From assembly GCA_964610875.1 (NCBI GenBank), contig CAZSWP010000002.1:116541-142492 (forward strand): a stretch of DNA of 25,952 nucleotides, in the 5' to 3' direction. The notes beneath the pieces are model-generated. The model was not told where the DNA came from, did no database searches, and saw only the letters and a program-made list of their open reading frames with translations. Made by a program: the position numbers and the translations under genes. This stretch comes from an uncultured archaeon. GTDB lineage: Archaea; Asgardarchaeota; Thorarchaeia; Thorarchaeales; Thorarchaeaceae. Shown one piece after another: positions 8,404 to 16,260 of this stretch (position 1 is its first letter; each line of letters opens with the position of its first letter).

Positions 8404-10026
8404 ATGAATAACACTGACTCAAAAAAATGGCGAATGCTCGATACAGGAGTTCTAACTGCTGCACAGAATATGGCATTAGATGATGTCATCCTTGAGTGTC
8501 GTGCACGTGAGAACACCCCAAATACTGTAAGATTCCTGCAATTTAGCCCTACTACAACATTGGTGGGATACAATCAAGCAGTGGAACAAGAAATCAGGAT
8601 TGACTACTGTGAGAAACATGGTATAGATATCAACCGAAGGCTCACTGGAGGTGGGGCTATCCTCTTTACACCAACATGTTTAGGATGGGAAGTTTTTGCT
8701 GATAAATCAGTGTCGCGAATCAAGGATCTAAGAACTGATCTCGATAATCTTGCAAGACTCATCTGCGAGGGAACTGTGAAGGGACTTAGAAAATTAGGAT
8801 TGGAAGCAGAGTATAGAGCCAAGAATGACATCGAAGTCAATGGAAGAAAAATTTCAGGAACGGGAGGCACCCAGCGAGGGAACTCTTTCATGTATCAAGG
8901 AACACTTCTGATTGATTTTGAAATTGAAACTATGCTGAAAGCTCTGAGAATCCCGGTGGAGAAGCTAAAAGACAAAGAGATTGAAAGTGTAAAAGAGAGG
9001 GTAACATCTCTAAAGTGGGAATTAGGATATGTACCACCTTTGACTGACATTAAACAAGCAATAGCTGATGGATTTCAAGAAGTTCTTGATATGGAACTGG
9101 AAAAGCAGGAACTCTATCTAATAGAGACCGAGATGTTTGATGAAAAGCTCCCTGCCTTTGAATCAAATGATTGGATATACATGGTCAGGAGACCTCTTGA
9201 TTCCGCAGGACTTGTGAGCACTATGAGAAAGACACCAGGAGGGCTTGTACGAGCATCAATTTCATTGGATATTCCAGGAAATTACATCGTTAGTTCGTTC
9301 ATCACAGGCGATTTTCAAGTATTTCCGCAGAGAACAATCATGGACCTAGAAGCTACTCTAAAGAATTCGGACGCGAGTTATTCATCAATTCGTGAAACGG
9401 TGATGGACTTCTTTGATTCAACAGGTGCCAAGATTTTTGGAATATCACCCGAAACTGTTGCAGACATTATTGTAGAGGCGATCAAGAAGAAGGCATTCGT
9501 GGATTTTGGCTTTACACTTGATGATTCTAATCAACTAATGACTGTGAATTTCCTACCAGATGAGTTAGAAGGACAACACTTCGACTTTATTTTGCTACCA
9601 TACTGTGCAAAACTTGTGGGATGTGACTATCGTTTTGTTGAAGGTTGTTCAATTTGTGGAGGTTGTACAACTAGTGATGTCTATGAAAGAATAACCGAGT
9701 TGAATATCCCAGTCAGAACTATACAGAACTTTGAAGATCTTGTGGAAACTGTTGAGGAGTTCAAAGAGAGAGGAGCACGAGGTTATGTTGGTTCCTGCTG
9801 TGATGCATTTTACAGCAAGCATTACGAGGATTTTGTGGACATGGAACTTCCAGCATTTCTTATTGATGTTGACGATTCAACATGTTATGACCTAGGAGAA
9901 GAAAAGCAAGGATATGAGGGAGATTTTGAGGGGCAGACAACTCTCAAAGTGGACCTGATGTTACAAGTCATTGAAACGTTGAAGAACATGGGTATTCTTC
10001 ATAGTGAGGTGGTCAAACATCACTGA
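8404..10026 (+). CDS. lplA: Lipoate:protein ligase Lpl(AB) with C-terminal Cys-rich DUF116-like domain
   Basis: WRMLDTG, NMALD, RRLTGGGAI, NDIEVNGRKISG, QGTLL, LplB-like KTPGGLVR...ITGDF, then LPYCAK...CSICGGC...GSCC. Confidence 0.88.
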   Translation: MNNTDSKKWRMLDTGVLTAAQNMALDDVILECRARENTPNTVRFLQFSPTTTLVGYNQAVEQEIRIDYCEKHGIDINRRLTGGGAILFTPTCLGWEVFADKSVSRIKDLRTDLDNLARLICEGTVKGLRKLGLEAEYRAKNDIEVNGRKISGTGGTQRGNSFMYQGTLLIDFEIETMLKALRIPVEKLKDKEIESVKERVTSLKWELGYVPPLTDIKQAIADGFQEVLDMELEKQELYLIETEMFDEKLPAFESNDWIYMVRRPLDSAGLVSTMRKTPGGLVRASISLDIPGNYIVSSFITGDFQVFPQRTIMDLEATLKNSDASYSSIRETVMDFFDSTGAKIFGISPETVADIIVEAIKKKAFVDFGFTLDDSNQLMTVNFLPDELEGQHFDFILLPYCAKLVGCDYRFVEGCSICGGCTTSDVYERITELNIPVRTIQNFEDLVETVEEFKERGARGYVGSCCDAFYSKHYEDFVDMELPAFLIDVDDSTCYDLGEEKQGYEGDFEGQTTLKVDLMLQVIETLKNMGILHSEVVKHH

Positions 10027-11071
10027 ATATGATGTAGTCGTTGTCGGCGGAGGACCATCAGGCGCAGCTACCTCGCTGCTCTTAGCAAGGGAAGGACTAG
10101 AAGTAATCTTGCTTGAGAAGGGAGCTAAGAAGAAACACAAGCCATGTGGGGGAGTCCTTCCTTCAGTTGCTCCTGATACGATTCAGGACATACTAGAAGA
10201 GGACATTCCAGAGCACGTCTTTGAAGTGCCAAAAGAACTTGGACTTTATTATATTCCACCAAGTGGTGTGAAGAATGGAGGAGCAGTTCATAACTACTCA
10301 ATTCATAACATTGATAGAGATCGCTTTGACTTTTGGTTGAGAGAACTAGCGGAGGAGTCAGGAGTAGAGATCAGATACGAAACGAAAGTGAATTCCGTTT
10401 CGATTGATGGTGAAAAAATCAGATTATCAGTTGCCAATGATAAATCGGGAGTTACTGGTCAAATACTAGTTGGTGCAGATGGCGTGAGATCAACAGTTCG
10501 GAGAGCTGTATTTCCAAAGCTAGATGCACCGATAATGGTCGTGGGTCAAGAAGAATGGATTGCTTCGGGAGATTTTGGAGAGTTCTTCTATGGTTTTCTT
10601 CATGACGACTATTCAATATCATACGGATACTTGATTCCAAAGCAAGATAGTTTACTCATCGGTCTTGGAGTTGAACCGAACAAAAGACCAAACTATAGAG
10701 AAGCTCTTGACATATTTCAGTCAATGTTGGCAAAGGAATTCTCATTCAAACCGGAGAGAAAGTTACAGAGAGAGGTATGGTCAATTCCATTCGGGTTCTT
10801 CTGTCCAGGAAAAGACAATGTTGTTCTTGTGGGCGATGCTGCTGGTCTTTGCAATCCTTTGTCAGGAGAAGGAATAAGACTTGCAATTGAATCCGCAGAG
10901 TCTGCGTCTATTTCTATTTCTAAAGGAAATCAATCAAAACTCATAGATTGGTATAAACGTGAAATAGATGGTTTGGCCTATATGGTAGATAAGCTCAATG
11001 ATTTTGTAAGGAGTCTAGACAATAAAAAGAGAGAAGAGTTTGTTTCAGAAGAGCTATCTAGAGGTTTTTGA
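10004..11071 (+). CDS. FAD-dependent oxidoreductase, geranylgeranyl reductase/FixC family (LipT-like by context)
   Basis: GGGPSG, KPCGG, DRDRFD, GADG and GDAAGLCNPLSGEGI; lies inside the lipS/lpl operon; start codon uncertain. Confidence 0.8.
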   Translation: MRWSNITEYDVVVVGGGPSGAATSLLLAREGLEVILLEKGAKKKHKPCGGVLPSVAPDTIQDILEEDIPEHVFEVPKELGLYYIPPSGVKNGGAVHNYSIHNIDRDRFDFWLRELAEESGVEIRYETKVNSVSIDGEKIRLSVANDKSGVTGQILVGADGVRSTVRRAVFPKLDAPIMVVGQEEWIASGDFGEFFYGFLHDDYSISYGYLIPKQDSLLIGLGVEPNKRPNYREALDIFQSMLAKEFSFKPERKLQREVWSIPFGFFCPGKDNVVLVGDAAGLCNPLSGEGIRLAIESAESASISISKGNQSKLIDWYKREIDGLAYMVDKLNDFVRSLDNKKREEFVSEELSRGF

Positions 11072-11119
11072 CAGGAAGAGATATAGACATTAGCAAAATC
11101 CTCTCAGGTCGGATTCATT

Positions 11120-12210
11120 ATGAGAGAGAAATGGCGGTTACTTGATTTAGGACCGTTGATTCTCTTGATTCTCAGATTATTTACGATATGGTAGCTCAGG
11201 GAATCACTGAAGGCGAATCAGAAAATACGATTATTATCTGCTGGCCCGAATCACCAATAGTTTGCCTAGGTTACTTTCAAGAGAGCGATAAGGATGTTGA
11301 TCTAGAGTTCTGCAGAGTGAACAACATTCCTGTGACCCGAAGGGTAATTGGAGGGGGTGGCGTCTATCTTGATGATGGACAGCTTTTCTATCAAATCATA
11401 AGTCGGATAGACAGCCCGATAACACCAAAACCTATCGATGCATACTATCGCAAGTTCTTAGAGGCTCCAGTACAAGCCTATAGAAATCTTGGAATTGATG
11501 CTGAATTCAAACCGGTGAATGATATTCAAGCTCAGGGCAAGAAGATCTCAGGTAATGGTGCAGGGGATGTTGGTAATGCACGAATCCTTACTGGAAATCT
11601 CATCTTTGACTTCAATTTTGATATGATGGTCAAGATATTGAAAGTTCCAAGTGAAAAATTCAGAGATAAGGTGTACCAGAGTCTAAGAGAGAGATTGTCT
11701 ACAATTCAACTACTTACTGGAGAGCTTCCTGATAGAATGGAAGTAAAAGATGACCTGATTCGTCTCTATGAGGAAACTCTTGATATTGAACTCAAAAAAG
11801 GTACACTGACAACATGGGAAAAATGCCGCTTGAGTGAACTACGTCCAAAATACCTTTCAGATGAATGGCTTCATTGGAGGAGTGGTGGACGTATAGACGC
11901 AAGGACCGTTAGGGTTTCTGCAACAACTACAGTTGGTACAGCTAACTATAAAGCACCAGGTGGATTGATTCGAGTGACACAGGTAGTCGAAGAGATGAAG
12001 ATCAAAGAGATTGTGATTAGTGGAGATTTCTTCATGCTTCCTAGTGATGCCATACGAAAACTCGAGATGGACCTCATTGGAGCAGATGTAGAAAATGATG
12101 AAATCATCAACAGAATCAAGTCTTCTTATGGTGAGTATGATATCGATTCACCAGGGGTCACACCAGAAGACTTTGAAGAAGCAATCAATCTTTCATTAGA
12201 ACAGAAATAG
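11120..12210 (+). pseudogene. lplA: Second lipoate:protein ligase Lpl(AB) with a single frameshift near 11153-11155 (pseudogene or sequence error)
   Basis: ATG 11120 gives MREKWRLLDLGP and stops at TAG 11192-11194. The -1 frame continues VDSLDSQIIYDMVAQG...RRVIGGGGVY...NDIQAQGKKISGNG...KAPGGLIRV and is intact to 12210. Confidence 0.8.
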
Positions 12211-12229
12211 GATATGGATACCACATCCA

Positions 12230-12418
12230 GTGAAAATCAGAGTTGCGGAAAAAGATGACGCTGAGTGCATAGCTCTTGTCCATAATGCAGCATTTGAGGA
12301 GTTTGAGGACGAATCTTTTGTATCACAAAGGATTAGCAAACAAATCGTGAGTTCATGGTTTGAAAGAGATGATGAAGAATCACTAATTCTTGTGGCCGAA
12401 ATCGAATCTCAATGTTGA
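12230..12418 (+). pseudogene. Truncated GNAT acetyltransferase (N-terminal fragment)
   Basis: MKIRVAEKDDAECIALVHNAAF...LILVAE is a typical GNAT beta1-alpha1-beta2 start; it stops before the acetyl-CoA-binding motif A. Confidence 0.6.
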
Positions 12419-12628
12419 GAGATGCATCAAAATTAACACAAAATGAACTGAGCACGAACAACATGTGCAGAAATATTGCTGAAAGAATACCACTCTTCTT
12501 AGCGTACATCAAATATCCTCAATCGACCTCCAATATAAATCCTAGTGAGAAATCATACTATTCTACTGAGAACAACCAGAATTATCAAAAGACAGTACTG
12601 GAGCTATCACTATTGACATTACTAGAAT

Positions 12629-13738
12629 TTGAAAAGCTTTGCAGAGGAAGATTTGACTTTGGAAAAGGGATTTAGTGTTAAAGCACCGGGGAGACTCTGT
12701 CTTTTTGGAGAACATAGTGATTATATTGGTCTCAATGTAATACCTGCAGCCCTCGATCAATCCATCTCCATATCAGCACATCCGAGGACCGATGATGTTA
12801 TCCATATCCTCTATCCAAATATCTCTCAAAAGGATGAGTTCAACAGTGGAGAGAAAGTCAAGTACAGGCATAAGCGAGATTATCTAAGGAGTGCATATAA
12901 TCGGATTCTTAGTCTAGGGGGAGAAATCAGTAGAGGATGGAACTTAGAAGTGAGTGGTGATATCCCAATTGCTGCAGGTCTCTCATCATCTTCAGCACTC
13001 TCGGTTGCAGCAGTCAAATCCTTCTCGTTTATCTCAGGTATAGAAATGAGTAGAATGGAACTTGTGAAACAAGCATTCACAGCAGAGGTGCTTGAATTCG
13101 GAGAGAGCGGCGGGATGCAGGATCATTTAGCCTCCGTTTTTGGAGGTGTAATTCATCTGGACTTTAGTCAAGATTTAATCGTCACAGAACTTCCTGCGAG
13201 AATAATGGGAATTGTGATCGGTGACTCTGAAGAGAAAAAGAAGGATACAGTAGGTGATATTAGAAAAATCAGAACCGCTGCTGAAGAAGGTTTCCAAATA
13301 CTCTCAGAACTGATTGAAGGTTTCAATCGTTCCACAACACCACTGGACTCAGTTCTTGATTACATTGAATCACTACCGTCTAGTTGTAGTGAAACAACTG
13401 AAACGGTTCTTAGGAACAGAGACCTCACAAACAAAGCATTGGGTGTTTTATTACAAGCAAATCCCGACCTGAGAACAGTTGGAAATATGTTGAATGACCA
13501 TCATAGATTACTTAGGGATGGCCTACATAGATCTACAAAGAAAATTGAGAGATTGATTTCAGCCTCCATTGGTGCAGGTGCGCTAGGGTGTAAAATCAAT
13601 GGAAGTGGAGGTGGCGGCACAATGATGGCGCTTGCTCCAGGACATGAAAAAGAAGTAGCTAAAACAATAGAAAATGTGGGAGGTACACCATATATCGTTG
13701 AGATAGGCCAGGGGATATCCCTGACCATCTCAAAATAG
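12629..13738 (+). CDS. galK: Galactokinase-like GHMP kinase
   Basis: PGRLCLFGEHSDY, PIAAGLSSSSA, GGMQD and GCKINGSGGGG; start codon uncertain (TTG 12629 or 12659). Confidence 0.8.
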   Translation: MKSFAEEDLTLEKGFSVKAPGRLCLFGEHSDYIGLNVIPAALDQSISISAHPRTDDVIHILYPNISQKDEFNSGEKVKYRHKRDYLRSAYNRILSLGGEISRGWNLEVSGDIPIAAGLSSSSALSVAAVKSFSFISGIEMSRMELVKQAFTAEVLEFGESGGMQDHLASVFGGVIHLDFSQDLIVTELPARIMGIVIGDSEEKKKDTVGDIRKIRTAAEEGFQILSELIEGFNRSTTPLDSVLDYIESLPSSCSETTETVLRNRDLTNKALGVLLQANPDLRTVGNMLNDHHRLLRDGLHRSTKKIERLISASIGAGALGCKINGSGGGGTMMALAPGHEKEVAKTIENVGGTPYIVEIGQGISLTISK

Positions 13739-13740
13739 TT

Positions 13741-15303
13741 TCACTCTTTTTCTTGGAGCTCTTTCATTCTTCGTTCTACAATCGCAAGGACCTCTTCTTT
13801 CATCTTCTTACCTTCTGTGATAAGACGTTCAACTTCCTTAGCGGTTGCTTCAACGAATTCCTTGTCTTCGATGTTGCCAAGATTGATTCGCACATTGAGT
13901 GCTGCGCCTTCAATTGCAGCCATTAGTGCATGAGCAGCAACACCGGCATCGGTTATTGCATTTTGATTACCCTTCTCAGCAGCCACTTTTGCGTGAGTGA
14001 GAGCTTCATAAGAGTGTTGCATTGTACTCAACGGAATTTTTGCAGCTTCAATTGTTGCTTTTTCAATCTTCTCAGCTTTCTCTTTCTTCTGAGCGTCTGT
14101 ATCTTCAGGTAGTTTGAACAGATCCATTACGACATCAAACGCTTCCGAGTCGGTTTCAACAAGACCCATGAGAATACCACGGTCATTTTCACATGCATGA
14201 CGGTGTTCTAACATTTCCTCCTTTATTGTAACAAATCTTCGGCCAGAGAGTGAAAGGCCAGTTACCATACAGACTAATGCTGCACCGAATGAACCAATTG
14301 CTGCAGCAACACTTCCTCCTCCAGGAGTAGCGCGAGCTCGCCTAATTTGATTGCCAAATTCAATCACTGACATCTCAGTGAAGGATTTCTTGGTTGGGTC
14401 TTCTGATCCACCAAGATAATAGAGGTCGAGAATCATGCTCTCGTCTAATTTCTCAGGTTGTAGATAGTATTTCAAAGCATCAATCAAAGTGAACAGTGGA
14501 ACCATTCCGACAATCTCTGTTTCTACAACAGTTGCTCCAAATCTTCGTGCTTCATTCTTCACAACCTCTAAGACTTGATGTATCTTAGTTCGCTTTGGAT
14601 GAACAAGGTTGAGGGACACCTGAGCACAGTTCTTATCAGGTAAAGGTAGACCAATGCCTTGTACGTACACAAAACCTCCAGTTGTGGCACGGACAGCGTC
14701 TGCACAGACTTTGGCTACATTGACATCATCAGTACTTAGGTTGAAATTGATGGCAATTAGAAAATTACGGGCACCAGTTGCAGTAGCACCAGCAGTTGGA
14801 TTGATTTTCTTTGGACCATAATCTGGGTCTTTTTCTGGATCTTTGCCAATTAGATCCTTTAGACCTTCAAACTCACCCTCACGGATATTGGGAAGGTCAA
14901 CGCGTTCAGGACGAGTTGCAGATTTGGCATAGAGATAGACTGGTACATTGCACTTGTTGGAAAACTCCTCAGCGAATTCCTTTGAGAGTTCAATGCACTC
15001 TCCAATAGTAGTTCCGTGTAGAGGAATGAATGGTACTACATCAACAGCTCCCATTCTTGGATGCTGTCCTTTGTGTTTTGTCAAATCAATTTTCTCTACA
15101 GCGAGTTCGGCTGCTTTCAAAGCAGCTTCTTTTACCTTCTGAGGCTCACCGATGAAGGTGAAAACAGACCTATTGTGATCTGGATCAAATTCAACATCAA
15201 GCAGTCTGACACCTTCAACGCTCTTTATAGCTTCAGCAAGCGCATCAATGATTTTCTTATCTCGTCCTTCTGAAAAGTTGGGTACACATTCAATAATCTT
15301 CAC
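13741..15303 (-). CDS. ftcd: Bifunctional glutamate formimidoyltransferase / formimidoyl-THF cyclodeaminase
   Basis: KIIECVPNFSEG, DHNRSV and HPRMGAVDVVPF (FT domain); TPGGGSVAA and GNQNAITDAGVA (CD domain). GTG 15303 is preceded by a GGTGGGT RBS. Confidence 0.93.
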   Translation of the reverse strand: MKIIECVPNFSEGRDKKIIDALAEAIKSVEGVRLLDVEFDPDHNRSVFTFIGEPQKVKEAALKAAELAVEKIDLTKHKGQHPRMGAVDVVPFIPLHGTTIGECIELSKEFAEEFSNKCNVPVYLYAKSATRPERVDLPNIREGEFEGLKDLIGKDPEKDPDYGPKKINPTAGATATGARNFLIAINFNLSTDDVNVAKVCADAVRATTGGFVYVQGIGLPLPDKNCAQVSLNLVHPKRTKIHQVLEVVKNEARRFGATVVETEIVGMVPLFTLIDALKYYLQPEKLDESMILDLYYLGGSEDPTKKSFTEMSVIEFGNQIRRARATPGGGSVAAAIGSFGAALVCMVTGLSLSGRRFVTIKEEMLEHRHACENDRGILMGLVETDSEAFDVVMDLFKLPEDTDAQKKEKAEKIEKATIEAAKIPLSTMQHSYEALTHAKVAAEKGNQNAITDAGVAAHALMAAIEGAALNVRINLGNIEDKEFVEATAKEVERLITEGKKMKEEVLAIVERRMKELQEKE

Positions 15304-15369
15304 TCGACCCACCAAGCTGGGTTCGGAGCTGGGATACTGAAAAGGATTTGGGAATGTGTCAAAGACGCA

Positions 15370-16248
15370 TTATTCGCCTACAACTTGGATGACAAAGGCA
15401 TCAAGTACATTCTTCAAAAGCATCGCAATCGTCATTGGTCCGACACCACCTGGTGCAGGAGTTATGCAATATGCCTTCTTCTTGATCTCCTCAAAGTCCG
15501 CATCACCATGAGGTGTAGACACATCGATTACCACAGCACCCTCTTTCACCATGTCTGCCTTTATGAAGAAGGGGTCATTTTCCTTTGTGCGTTTCCCAAT
15601 GGCGGTGACTAGAACATCAGCTTGTTTTGTAAATAATGCCAAGTCATCAGTTCGTGAATGGCAAACAGTAACAGTAGCATTACGATTAAGAAGCATGAAT
15701 ATCAATGGCTTGCCAACAATGGTTGAACGGTTTACTATTACTGCGTGCTTTCCGGACAAATCATCCATTCCAATTGCATCAAGCATCTTGACAATGCCAT
15801 GTGGTGTGGCTGCACTGAGCTCCTCATCACCATGAAAGAGTCGATATATGTTCCTAGGTGAGAAGCCATCAACATCTTTCAATGGGTCAATCGCATCGAT
15901 TACCTTCTTCTCGTCAATCTTTCGTGGCAGAGGTAATTGAACCAAGATTCCATGTACAGAATCGTCATTGTTAAGTTCGTCAATCAGAGCAAGCAAATCG
16001 GCCTCTTTGGTTTTCTCTGACAAAGCGTGATGATCTGATAAAATACCAACCTTTTCACATGCCTTGCGTTTCATTCGAACATACATCTCAGAGCCGGAAT
16101 CATTGCCCACGATGATAGTTGCAAGCTTGGGATACACTTTCTGTAGATTACTTAATACACCAACCTTCTCTTTCACTTCAGCACGTATGCGCTTTGCTAA
16201 TCGTTTTCCCTTCAACACATGGTCTTCGCATATCGGTTTGCCAGTCAT
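15370..16248 (-). CDS. folD: Methylene-THF dehydrogenase / methenyl-THF cyclohydrolase
   Basis: YVRMK (YxxxK), GILVQLPLP, KDVDG, TP.G, RSTIVGKP and PGGVGPMT. ATG 16248 or GTG 16257. Confidence 0.95.
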   Translation of the reverse strand: MTGKPICEDHVLKGKRLAKRIRAEVKEKVGVLSNLQKVYPKLATIIVGNDSGSEMYVRMKRKACEKVGILSDHHALSEKTKEADLLALIDELNNDDSVHGILVQLPLPRKIDEKKVIDAIDPLKDVDGFSPRNIYRLFHGDEELSAATPHGIVKMLDAIGMDDLSGKHAVIVNRSTIVGKPLIFMLLNRNATVTVCHSRTDDLALFTKQADVLVTAIGKRTKENDPFFIKADMVKEGAVVIDVSTPHGDADFEEIKKKAYCITPAPGGVGPMTIAMLLKNVLDAFVIQVVGE

Positions 16249-16260
16249 TTCAATCACTTC

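Noticed and set aside
12412-12675. 87-aa ORF as a frameshifted continuation of the GNAT fragment
   Set aside because: No GNAT motif A (R/QxxGxG/A) is apparent in the downstream sequence.
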